Below, in pieces: positions 39,814-48,518 of a stretch of 64,000 bases of DNA. The notes beneath the pieces are model-generated. The model was given only the letters and a program-made list of their open reading frames with translations. It was not told the DNA's origin and ran no database searches. The position numbers were made by a program, and so were the translations under genes. Every line of letters starts with the position of its first letter. The first letter of the stretch is position 1. This DNA comes from Patescibacteria group bacterium UBA2773 (lineage in GTDB: Bacteria > Patescibacteriota > Minisyncoccia > Moranbacterales > DUUL01), in the NCBI GenBank assembly GCA_002352465.1, contig DEIN01000008.1, positions 564-64,563 of the forward strand, in the 5' to 3' direction.

Positions 39814-40452
39814 TTATCGAGAATAAAATTCTACTACTTCTTGGACATCCATACTCACATTGATATCGTCTTTAGTTGGAACAGCAATAACTTCCCCTGC
39901 CATTTTGTTAACATCAAAATTTATCCAACTTGGAATTGACAATTCTTTTTTAAGGATACTTTGTCGATCGGTAAAGTAGTTTTTAGCTTGTTTATTTTTT
40001 TTAATGGTAATCTTATCACCAATTCCAACATAAGCAGAAGGAATATTTAAATTTTTTCCATTGACTTGAAAATGTCCGTGACTGACTAAATTTCTAGCTG
40101 CGGCTCTAGAAGAAGTCAAATTCATTCGGAAAACAACGTTGTCTAGTCTGGACTCTAATTTGGAAATTAAATTATCACCAGCGATTCCCGGTTTTTTTAC
40201 GGCTTCATTTAAATGTTTTCGGAATTGTTTTTCGGTTACGCCATAGATTCTCTTCACTTTTTGCTTTTTTTGTAATTGTTTACCGTATTCAGTTAAACCC
40301 TTTCTACCAGTTCCTTTTGCTCCGTGAATACCAGGCGCGTATGGTCGTTTGACCATTGCACATTTTGGTGAAAGACATCGGTCGCCTTTAAGAAAGAGCT
40401 TTTCCCCGGCTCTTCGGCATAATCTACACTTGTTTCTTTGATTTATCGCCAT
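39814..40452 (-). CDS. rpsD: 30S ribosomal protein S4
   Basis: CRLCRRAGEKLFLKGDRC...KC, LESRLDNVVFR, VVEFYSR. Confidence 0.98.
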   Translation of the reverse strand: MAINQRNKCRLCRRAGEKLFLKGDRCLSPKCAMVKRPYAPGIHGAKGTGRKGLTEYGKQLQKKQKVKRIYGVTEKQFRKHLNEAVKKPGIAGDNLISKLESRLDNVVFRMNLTSSRAAARNLVSHGHFQVNGKNLNIPSAYVGIGDKITIKKNKQAKNYFTDRQSILKKELSIPSWINFDVNKMAGEVIAVPTKDDINVSMDVQEVVEFYSR

Positions 40453-40516
40453 CTTTGTGTAACTATATTATTATTACTTCTTGATTTATAAAATACTTTC
40501 TTCAAAATTTTTGCTA

Positions 40517-41119
40517 TTAAACTCGTCTTGGTTTTCGTGAACGGCATCCATTGTGAGGGATTGGGGTTCGATCTTTAATCATATTCAAATTAAATCCTTT
40601 CTGAGCCAAAGTTCGAATGGCTGATTCTCTTCCCGAACCAACTCCCTTAACATAAATATCTAAATCTTTCAATCCATATTTTTGAACTTTTTCTGTTACG
40701 TCATTTACTACTTGACTGGCAGCATAGGTAGTAGCTTTTTTGGCTCCTTTAAAACCTAAATAACCAGATGAAGACCAAGCTAAAACGTTTCCGTGCAAAT
40801 CGGATAAGGTAATCATCGTGTTGTTGTAAGTCGCTTTGATATAGGCTTGTCCTCGCTGAACTTGTCTTCGAATTTTTCGTTTCTTCAATTTCTGAACAAA
40901 TTTACCAGAAGTATTTTTTGAAACAGTAGTTCGAGTTGGAGCGTTAGTGGCTTCTTCTTTTTTGAATTCTTTAATAGCCTCTTTAGCTTCCTCTTCTTCT
41001 CGTTGTTTTTCAAATTCAGCCGTTGTTAAAGCAACTTCCTTTGGAGGAGTTGGAGTTTTTAAAACTTCCTTTTTGTCTTCTTCTTTTAGACTATCTTTAG
41101 CTTGCTTTTCTTCGGCCAT
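40517..41119 (-). CDS. rpsK: 30S ribosomal protein S11 with long N-terminal extension
   Basis: AYIKATYNNT, GFKGAKKATTYAA, GVGSGRESAIR, TPIPHNGCR. Confidence 0.96.
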   Translation of the reverse strand: MAEEKQAKDSLKEEDKKEVLKTPTPPKEVALTTAEFEKQREEEEAKEAIKEFKKEEATNAPTRTTVSKNTSGKFVQKLKKRKIRRQVQRGQAYIKATYNNTMITLSDLHGNVLAWSSSGYLGFKGAKKATTYAASQVVNDVTEKVQKYGLKDLDIYVKGVGSGRESAIRTLAQKGFNLNMIKDRTPIPHNGCRSRKPRRV

Positions 41120-41164
41120 TTTCGTTGAGGTTAATTTTAATCAATTGTTTATATCGTTTTTAAA

Positions 41165-41521
41165 TTATCGTTTTCTTCTAAATTTCTTAGCAGTATGAGC
41201 ATTAGTTTTGGTTTGTTGTCCTCGGGCGGGTAATCCGCTTTGATGACGAGCTCCACGATAACTGTTAATTTCCTTCAGTCTTTTAATGTCCATTTGCTTT
41301 TGTCGTTTCAGTTCACCTTCCAAATTGTAAGTGCTTTCAATTTCTTTTCGTAAAGTGTTGATTTCAGTTTCACTTAAGTCCTTGATTTTTCGATCTCGGT
41401 CAATCTTGTATTTTGCTAAAATTTCGTTTGATCTAGATCTTCCAATTCCATAGATATAAGTTAAAGCAATTTCAGCTCTTTTTTGTTCTGGAATTGAAAC
41501 TCGGGCTATTCTTACGGCCAT
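41165..41521 (-). CDS. rpsM: 30S ribosomal protein S13
   Basis: IALTYIYGIG, SYRG.RH..GLPARGQQTKTNA; start set at ATG 41521. Confidence 0.96.
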   Translation of the reverse strand: MAVRIARVSIPEQKRAEIALTYIYGIGRSRSNEILAKYKIDRDRKIKDLSETEINTLRKEIESTYNLEGELKRQKQMDIKRLKEINSYRGARHQSGLPARGQQTKTNAHTAKKFRRKR

Positions 41522-41635
41522 AAATATTATGTTAAGTTTATAAAGTTGGAAAATTTGTAAAATCAAAAGTTTATTGACTAGTTTATGAGGTTTGGAAAAT
41601 TAGAAATTTTTAAAATCATTTTTCTCTGAAAAACT

Positions 41636-41758
41636 TAGGATTTTCAGGTTTGAGGAAATTTCGAGAAAAAATTGAGCAACGAGCGGAATTTACTGAACTT
41701 ATAAATGTAGCGAGTAGCGGAAATTTTTTCTCGAAATTTACCAAACATGAGAATTCTA
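41636..41758. repeat. 123-bp palindromic element, copy 1 (TAG...CTA ends)
   Basis: Near-identical to 41942-42064; internal IR AAATTTCGAGAAAAAATT / AATTTTTTCTCGAAATTT. Confidence 0.9.
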
Positions 41759-41869
41759 GCCTTGCCGTTGTTTATGTCGAGGGTTCTTACAAATCACAAA
41801 AACAACTCCTTTTCGTCTTACGATTTTACAGTGTTCGCATCTTTTTTTTACTGAGGCTTTGACTTTCAT
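41756..41869 (-). CDS. rpmJ: 50S ribosomal protein L36 (37 aa; not in the ORF track)
   Basis: [37 protein letters not shown]. Confidence 0.97.
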   Translation of the reverse strand: MKVKASVKKRCEHCKIVRRKGVVFVICKNPRHKQRQG

Positions 41870-41941
41870 AATTCTATTTTTACTATAAAATCTTTATTAT
41901 TTACAATCTTATCTTATCAATAACTTGTTATTAAAAAAATT

Positions 41942-42064
41942 TAGAAATTTTAGATTTGAGGAAATTTCGAGAAAAAATTGAGCAACGAGCGGAGTTTACT
42001 GAGCTTGTAAATGTAGCGAGTAGCGGAAATTTTTGCTTGAAATTTACCAAATGTAAGATTTCTA
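41942..42064. repeat. 123-bp palindromic element, copy 2
   Basis: Direct repeat of 41636-41758. Confidence 0.9.
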
Positions 42065-42274
42065 AAGCCTCTTCGTGATTCGGCCCTTGGTAAGGTCGTA
42101 CGGACTCATCTCTAACTCCACCTTATCTCCCGGCATCAACTTAATAAAATGAATTCTCATCTTTCCAGAAATATGAGCTAAAATCACATGTCCATTTTCT
42201 AATTTAACTCGAAACATCGTGCTAGGTAATAGCTCGACGATTTCTCCTTCTAATTGGACTAGTTCTTTGGACAT
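42062..42274 (-). CDS. infA: Translation initiation factor IF-1
   Basis: [38 protein letters not shown]. Confidence 0.98.
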   Translation of the reverse strand: MSKELVQLEGEIVELLPSTMFRVKLENGHVILAHISGKMRIHFIKLMPGDKVELEMSPYDLTKGRITKRL

Positions 42275-42429
42275 CTATAAATTACATTAAACTTTTAACA
42301 TTTTTTCAGTCATTTTTATTGTCGCAAAAACGCTTTAACAGCCCTCTTTTATAAGACAATATTAAGACAACGATAGAATGTAACCGTTGGCTAACATCAA
42401 ATTTAAGCAAAATTCATTTGATAAATAAA

Positions 42430-42458
42430 ATATTAAGGTATTTTTGGATTTGTGTCAA
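42430..42458 (-). promoter_or_regulatory. Sigma70-type promoter upstream of infA
   Basis: TTGACA-17 nt-TAATAT on the minus strand. Confidence 0.55.
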
Positions 42459-42708
42459 GAGTAAACGGATTGTCTTGATGAATTTTTGCTTTTTACCTTA
42501 TTATTTGGGTTAAAAAAGTTCATTGAATAAACGGTTTTAAAATTTCAAAACCCCAATTACTACAAATTGATCTTTACCTCGGCAAGCGATGCGAGACGGG
42601 CAAATCAATTTCAAAATCTAAAATCTAAATTTCAAATTTTTTTTCTTTTGAACAGTTTATATTAGAGATTTTATTATTAGTTAATAATTTCAATAAAAAT
42701 TGATTATA

Positions 42709-42742
42709 GATTTAATCATAGAATTAATACTATGATTAATTT
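42709..42742. other. Putative recombination site A (13-8-13 palindrome) at left edge of defence cassette
   Basis: GATTTAATCATAG-AATTAATA-CTATGATTAATTT; related site at 46265-46298. Confidence 0.55.
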
Positions 42743-43905
42743 TATTTATTCCCCTTAGCTCTATTGTGTGTTTTGCATAACATCTGACAATTATCGATAG
42801 TGGTTGTTCCGCCTTTGCTCCAAGCTGTTATATGATCAGCGTCCATTTCTTTTAAGTTCCAAATTCTCTTTTGATTAGCATTATTTCCAATAGCACAAAG
42901 TGGGCAATTTGATTTACTTTTCTCTTTAGCCGTTTTAGTTTGTTTTGTATAAACTGATTTTTTGATTGCTTCATCAAAAATTCTAACATTTAAAAGTTTT
43001 GTATTAACAGACCCTCCTAAAACATATTCAAAAATACCTTTACGATTTTTAACATACGAATCACCATAAAGTTTTTGAACTTCTTTAGATAGCTCGACTG
43101 GATTATAGGCTTTTTTGTGATATTGTTCATACAATCTTCCCCATTCTAACCCACACATTTCACTTTCTATGTCTATAAAAACACTAGATGCCCAATCAAT
43201 TACGCTGTTGAAATAATTTTTCAATTCATCGATGTTTTCATCATAACGATGATTGCTCATATAATCATCAATCTTTCCTTTACTTACCCAATCAAGAGCT
43301 TTTTCTAAAAATTCTTGTCGATTAACATTACCTTTTAAATAAGAACTCCATTTTTGAATATTAGAATTTTTGCTGTTGCTAAATTCTTCTTTCGCTAAAG
43401 TGACGAAAGATCCTGAATAAATAGCGTTTAACAACTCTTGATTATTTAATGGCATTCCCACGATATTAATTGTTCTAAACCATTCTTTGATTTCGCTTTC
43501 CTCTCCCTCACATTCATAGATAGTTAGTTTTGTTTCTAGAATTTTTTTCTGTTTATCAAAAGCAATTCCACTAAAATACTGCTCCATTCTATTTTCATCT
43601 TTAATGGCAAATTTATTGGCAACAAAACGTCCGATGCTAGTGACTCTTTGCTGTCCGTCTAAAATTTCAAATTTATCTTCTGCTACTTTTACGAAATAAA
43701 CTAAGCCCAATGGATAACCTTTTAAAATAGATTCAATAACCGCTACATCTTTTTTGCCATCAGCATAAATATAATTTCTTTGATATTCTGGCTGGATGGT
43801 TAACTTACCAGATAAGCCAAACAAACCTTTTCCTTCTAACTCATTATAGACAAATCCCTCGCAAATTTCTTTAACCGTAATGTCGGTTTTTAAAATTGTT
43901 TTCAC
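42742..43905 (-). CDS. DUF262 (GmrS/ParB-like) + HNH endonuclease
   Basis: PEYQR, LDGQQR, F.TIN..G.PL; [16 protein letters not shown]...[12 protein letters not shown]. Confidence 0.9.
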   Translation of the reverse strand: MKTILKTDITVKEICEGFVYNELEGKGLFGLSGKLTIQPEYQRNYIYADGKKDVAVIESILKGYPLGLVYFVKVAEDKFEILDGQQRVTSIGRFVANKFAIKDENRMEQYFSGIAFDKQKKILETKLTIYECEGEESEIKEWFRTINIVGMPLNNQELLNAIYSGSFVTLAKEEFSNSKNSNIQKWSSYLKGNVNRQEFLEKALDWVSKGKIDDYMSNHRYDENIDELKNYFNSVIDWASSVFIDIESEMCGLEWGRLYEQYHKKAYNPVELSKEVQKLYGDSYVKNRKGIFEYVLGGSVNTKLLNVRIFDEAIKKSVYTKQTKTAKEKSKSNCPLCAIGNNANQKRIWNLKEMDADHITAWSKGGTTTIDNCQMLCKTHNRAKGNK

Positions 43906-43944
43906 TTTATTTTTCTTAATTTTTACACTTTTTTGAAAAAACTA

Positions 43945-43972
43945 TTGCAATATTTTGAAATTATGTTACTAT
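43945..43972 (+). promoter_or_regulatory. Predicted promoter of the small RNA
   Basis: TTGCAA (43945-50), 16-nt spacer, extended -10 TGnTACTAT (43964-72); no + strand ORF follows. Confidence 0.6.
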
Positions 43973-43979
43973 AGAGATA

Positions 43980-44062
43980 CAGAAAGCGCCACCACTATCC
44001 GAACGGTGCACCTAGTGTGCACCTAACCTGAAAGGGAGTAGGAAGTGGGGCGCTTTTTCGTT
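43980..44062 (+). ncRNA. Structured small RNA convergent with the DUF3800 gene (candidate DUF3800-associated RNA)
   Basis: GC-rich island. Basal stem AAAGCGCC/GGCGCUUU + CCACU/AGUGG + UCC/GGA; three-way junction GAAC-[GGUGCAC/GUGCACC]-UAA-[CCU GAAA GGG]-AGUA; U-tract at 3' end. Confidence 0.7.
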
Positions 44063-44790
44063 TTATTGTTAAATTCAAATTTCCAAATATTAATTTTATC
44101 AGTCAAATAGGGAGTGGGATATTTTAGTTTTAATCCGAAAATAATTTCTATGTGTTTTATAAGAGCTAATTTAGCTGGACTTGTTTGATATCCATCCCAA
44201 GAATAGCCAATCGCTCCCATTAAGATATCAGCAATCTGAATTGCAGGTGATTCTTTAGAATCAACGGCTTCAACATTTCGTACTGAAATTTCACCTGTTT
44301 GACAAATTTTATTTAATCTATTATTTAAAAATTTCTTTAAATCATCAAGTCTTCCTACTTCAATTTAATCTCCTATTTGTCTTCTTCTTCTATCTAAGAT
44401 TAATTTATATTTATCTTTAATTCCCTTAAATTTAAAGTCTTTTTCAATGTTTCTGCTAATAAAAAAATAAAGAAATTTATAAAATCCTAATTCTTTATCT
44501 CCATTGTGATATTTTTTATAATCCAAAGTTCTCGTGTCCAATAAAACACATCTAAAATCAGTTCCCGGATAAGTTGCGAAAAGATCAATAAATTTTTTAT
44601 AAGTCTCTAATTTTCCTTTTGAAACTTTAACCCAATGAAGTTCGCTTCTTCTAGTAGGAAATTCTTTATCCCAAAGTTTCCAGTATTCTTTCTCAAAATC
44701 CCCTGAATTATCTCTATTAATCCAAAAACTTCCAAATAATTGGAATCGAGATTTCGATATTCGACTTTCATCTATATAAATATACTTCAT
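44023..44790 (-). pseudogene. DUF3800 domain protein (255 codons) interrupted by one in-frame TAA at 44365-44367
   Basis: N-terminal YIYIDES and ELHW; frame continues past the stop as IEVGRLDDLK...VEAVDSKESPAIQIADILMGAIG (QxxD motif) and joins the 44023-44220 ORF. Confidence 0.85.
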
Positions 44791-44912
44791 CTTTTTTATT
44801 TTTAAATAACCTCAAAAATTGCCTTGAATCATCTTTGTTTTTTATTTAACTATTTTTAAGTTTATTTTCAATTTCCTTAACTTATTTTTTATCATTTTTA
44901 ATTTAAAGAATA

Positions 44913-45052
44913 TTAGTCTTTTTGTTTTGTAATTCCTAATTTTTCAATTCCGTTTTTCTCAAGTTCTTCTTCCCATTTAATAATACATTCTTGCATTTTT
45001 AAAAATCTCTCTTTAAATTTTCATATTGTTTTTTTGTAAAATCAATTTTCAT
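44913..45052 (-). pseudogene. Remnant of an internally deleted hypothetical gene
   Basis: ATG overlaps the MTase end; MKIDFTKKQYENL joined out of frame to ERFLKMQECIIKWEEELEKNGIEKLGITKQKD*. Confidence 0.45.
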
Positions 45053-46163
45053 AATTATTTTTATGCTTAACTATAATTCTTCTATAAACACATTTTCCAT
45101 TTAATTCAGGACCTCTACCTCTCCATTTAGATAATTGCAATCTATGATCATCTAATCCTAAAATTTCAAACTGCTCGGGGGAATATTTATCCAAAAAACT
45201 TATTGGAACACCCATTATTCCATCGTAGTCGCTGGGAATAGCATTAGTAAAGGGCACTTCAATCGCATCGTAGTTATCATATTTTTGATAACTATTCTCA
45301 TTTTTTTTAATTCTTTTATTAAATTTTTTATTATCCGCCATATTCATCAAAGACAACGGTTGATGACGACGACCATGGTCAAGACTGGAAAACCAACAAG
45401 AGTTTCCAAGTCTTGTATAATCACCAACATAACCAAGTCTAGCGGCCTTTTGTCGATCGCTTTCTGCAATTTCTGCACCATTTGGAACAGCAAAAACCAT
45501 ATCACTTCCATTTCCAGTTGCGCCCAGCCACATTTTATTTTCCTTGATTAACGGAAAAATTTCTTTATAAGTAATAGCATTCATATTGCCGATTATCACA
45601 AATTTTTTCTTATAATCCATAAGCTGTTTAACATACTCACGGAATAGACTAAAAGGCGGATTGGTGACGACAATATCAGATTGTTTTAACAATTTCACAC
45701 ATTCCGGACTTCGAAAATCACCGTTTTTCTCCAACGGTTCCCATTCATTGTTTTTATTTTGTTTCAACTGTTCAGCAATATCTTTCAAATTAAACTGACC
45801 ATCCCCATCTATATCGCCGACATCACTAATAATAAATTTGTTAGCAGTTATTTTCGGCCGTCCTTTGACTGGAATGAGAGTTTTATCATTGCCAAAAAGG
45901 CTTAGTTGAGTATTGGCAACAGGTGAAGGTTTATAACTAGTGGTAATAAGTTTTTTTAATCCAAGTTTATCAAAATTGAGCACAAAATAACGGAAAAAAT
46001 TGCTTTCATAAGGATCATCACAATTACAATAAACTATTTTACCTCGAAATACCTCTGAATCATAATCCAAATAAGCTTCAATTTCTTTTTGAATATCATT
46101 GAACTGTGTATAAAATTCATCATTCTTCGCCCGTTTTGCATTCGTTAGATTGCTATTTGCCAT
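45042..46163 (-). CDS. Adenine-specific DNA methyltransferase, EcoRI family
   Basis: AKRAKNDEFYT, VYCNCDDP.ESNF, GDFRS.EC, DIVVTNPPFSLFREY, MGVPISFLDKY. Confidence 0.92.
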   Translation of the reverse strand: MANSNLTNAKRAKNDEFYTQFNDIQKEIEAYLDYDSEVFRGKIVYCNCDDPYESNFFRYFVLNFDKLGLKKLITTSYKPSPVANTQLSLFGNDKTLIPVKGRPKITANKFIISDVGDIDGDGQFNLKDIAEQLKQNKNNEWEPLEKNGDFRSPECVKLLKQSDIVVTNPPFSLFREYVKQLMDYKKKFVIIGNMNAITYKEIFPLIKENKMWLGATGNGSDMVFAVPNGAEIAESDRQKAARLGYVGDYTRLGNSCWFSSLDHGRRHQPLSLMNMADNKKFNKRIKKNENSYQKYDNYDAIEVPFTNAIPSDYDGIMGVPISFLDKYSPEQFEILGLDDHRLQLSKWRGRGPELNGKCVYRRIIVKHKNNYEN

Positions 46164-46264
46164 AATATTTTTATTTTTTACACCTCAATATCTCTCAATA
46201 ACCTTATTATGCAATAATAAGACTTAAAAATCAAATTTTATATAAAAAATTTATTTTAATATTA

Positions 46265-46298
46265 GATTTAATCATAGTATTAATTCTATTATTCTTTA
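46265..46298. other. Putative recombination site B at right edge of defence cassette
   Basis: GATTTAATCATAG-TATTAATT-CTATTATTCTTTA: same left arm as site A, spacer is the reverse complement of site A's. Confidence 0.55.
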
Positions 46299-46602
46299 TA
46301 AATTCTCGGAGCAAAAATTAAAATCAAGTTTGAAAAAGGTTCCCCAAGGGGAGCTTTAATTAAAAAACAATTCTCAACAACCTCCAAGAAATCTGTAAAC
46401 TGAAGTTTGAAAGAAGCTATTCCAAGAGAAAAACTCGCTTGTTTCTGTTTCTTCTTTAATTCCATCACAGGAGCCGAAATTCTCGTCAGAGTATCTCTTT
46501 GAATCTTTTTCTTAAAGTCGATTATAAATCTAATACAGCAAATTTCTGCCTGTTTTCTTCCCAAAAGTTCAAGAAACCTTTTTTATCTCCAGAATTCATC
46601 AT
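46289..46602 (-). pseudogene. Hypothetical gene, probably frameshifted near its 5' end
   Basis: AAGGAGGTGA SD and ATG at ~46600 are out of frame with the 46289-46564 ORF across an A6 run. Confidence 0.4.
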
Positions 46603-46751
46603 TCACCTCCTTGTTTGTTGATTTAAATAAGAAACTTCTACTTTTTTGTTTTGAATCTAAAAATAGCATTTTTTAGCTCATTTAGCAATAGCAATGCTCT
46701 CGAAAGGCACTTTTTAGAGTTTTCAACGTTTAGATAACCTTACACTAAACC

Positions 46752-48464
46752 CTATTTAGATTTTCGGTAATCGATTATTTTTAGTTGGAGGGTTTTGTTG
46801 CCGTTCCAATTGTTTTGTTCTAGATTGAATAGCAAATCAATTTGCTGGCCGATTTTTAAATCTTGGGAATCTGCTCCCAGACCGAATCCAATGGCTTCAA
46901 AAATTTCAGTGCAGTCATCAGTGCCGACCCAAAGTTTGAGATGCTTATCTTCTTTGCCCAAAAGTTTTTTGTCAATTAGTTTTAAGTTTCGCAACATTAG
47001 AATTGGTAATTCGTTACCTTTTCCGAAAGGTTCCAGCATCAAAAGTTCTTCGCAAAGTTTTTTATTGACTTCTCTCAGTTTCAAGCAGGCGTCAACTGAG
47101 GTAGTTTTCACTATTTTTTTGGTTAGTTTTTTTTCAGCCTCAGCCAAAAAGTCTTTTTTAAATTCTTCAAAATTTTCTTTCAAGAGCGTTAGGCCAGCGG
47201 CTTGATCGTGTCCACCGTATTTTTTCAAGAGTTTTTCTTGATGTTGCAAGGCGTTAACTAAGCTAAAGCCTGGAATAGAACGTCCCGAGCCTCGATAAAC
47301 TGGGCCTTTTTCTTGAAGTAAAATCACTGGCCGAGCAAATTCTTGGGCTAATCTTCCAGCACTTAGTCCAACTATTCCGATTTTCCATTGACTTGATGAT
47401 TTGATGATGACTTTGGGAATTTCAGCTAAAGCGTTTATTTCAGCCTTAACCTTTTTGAGAATATCAGCGGTCACTTTCTGTCGTTGTTTATTCTGATCTT
47501 CAATTTCTTGGGCTAATTCGTTGGCCTTGGCTTCATCTTTTTCTAATAAAAGTTTATAGGCAATGCTAGCGTGGTTCATTCGACCAGCGGCATTAATTCT
47601 GGGTGCGATTTGATAGCCAATTTGATCAGCGGTTGGCAATTCACTTTCCCCGATTTTTATTCGACCAACTTGAAAAAGTTGGCGTAATCCAACTCGTTGG
47701 GTTTTTGACAACACCATCAAGCCAAATTTTACTAAAGTTCGATTTTCATTTATCAACGGAACACAATCAGCCACTGTTCCAATTGCTACTAAGTCTAAAT
47801 ACCATTTCAGTTTTTCTTCGTTAATATTTTTATCTTCAATAGCAATTGCTTGTAAAATTTTAAAAGCTACACCGACTCCAGCTAATTCTCTGAAAGGATA
47901 TTTTTTTTCATTAGGATTTTTGGGATCAATCACTGCTAGAGCTTTTGGCACTTTGCCAATTACATTATGATGATCTGAAATTATTACATCGATATTCTTT
48001 TCGTTAGCGTAATCAACTTCTTCTAGATTAGTAATTCCACAATCGACGGTGATTATCAAAGTCGCACCTTCTTTTTGAATAAAATCAATGGCGGTTTGGT
48101 TCATTCCATAGCCTTCGTCTTCTCGGTTAGGAATATAGCAAAAATTGTCTAATTTCAGTTCATCAGTTAAAAAGGTTGCTAATAAGACCGAAGACGTCAC
48201 ACCATCGGCGTCGTAATCACCAAAAATACAAATTTTCTCTTTATTTTTCTGGGCTTTTAAAATTCTCTGAACCGCTTTTTTCATATCATTCAAAAGAAAC
48301 GGATCGTGCAGATTGCCATTATAATCAGGAATAAAAAAAGCTTCGAGTTCCTGCTCGCTCTTAAAACCTTTTTCTGTTAAAATTTGTTCGGTAGTTGGTT
48401 CTAATTCTGGAAAATAATGTTTATTTTTTTTATTTATTTTTTTAAGCTCCCATTTTTTTTCCAT
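46752..48464 (-). CDS. recJ: ssDNA-specific exonuclease RecJ
   Basis: FGDYDADGV, ITVDCG, SDHH, GTVADCVPL, PRINAAGR, GSGRS, GGHDQAAG; start set at ATG 48464. Confidence 0.96.
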   Translation of the reverse strand: MEKKWELKKINKKNKHYFPELEPTTEQILTEKGFKSEQELEAFFIPDYNGNLHDPFLLNDMKKAVQRILKAQKNKEKICIFGDYDADGVTSSVLLATFLTDELKLDNFCYIPNREDEGYGMNQTAIDFIQKEGATLIITVDCGITNLEEVDYANEKNIDVIISDHHNVIGKVPKALAVIDPKNPNEKKYPFRELAGVGVAFKILQAIAIEDKNINEEKLKWYLDLVAIGTVADCVPLINENRTLVKFGLMVLSKTQRVGLRQLFQVGRIKIGESELPTADQIGYQIAPRINAAGRMNHASIAYKLLLEKDEAKANELAQEIEDQNKQRQKVTADILKKVKAEINALAEIPKVIIKSSSQWKIGIVGLSAGRLAQEFARPVILLQEKGPVYRGSGRSIPGFSLVNALQHQEKLLKKYGGHDQAAGLTLLKENFEEFKKDFLAEAEKKLTKKIVKTTSVDACLKLREVNKKLCEELLMLEPFGKGNELPILMLRNLKLIDKKLLGKEDKHLKLWVGTDDCTEIFEAIGFGLGADSQDLKIGQQIDLLFNLEQNNWNGNKTLQLKIIDYRKSK

Positions 48465-48518
48465 AAAACAATAGAAATCATTCCTGAATATTTTCGTTAA
48501 ATTCAAGAAAATGTCTTT

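Noticed and set aside
41650-41862. 70-aa + strand ORF
   Set aside because: Antisense to rpmJ and made of the palindromic element
41636-42064. CRISPR array
   Set aside because: Only two 123-bp copies separated by rpmJ; no short repeat-spacer periodicity and no cas genes. The Cas4-like nuclease at 7459 is stand-alone
43980-44062. tRNA, 5S rRNA or a known self-cleaving ribozyme
   Set aside because: No TTCGA T-loop or cloverleaf, too short for 5S, and no hammerhead or twister core recognised, although CCGAAC and GAGUAGG superficially recall 5S
44365-44367. Stop-codon reassignment (TAA read as sense, or code 25)
   Set aside because: TAA, TAG and TGA all terminate conserved genes at expected positions and core genes have no internal stops
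46203-46221. C-protein box upstream of the MTase (CTTATTAT-GCA-ATAATAAG over a putative -10)
   Set aside because: No controller gene in the cassette, and an 8-bp AT-rich palindrome is weak evidence in this genome
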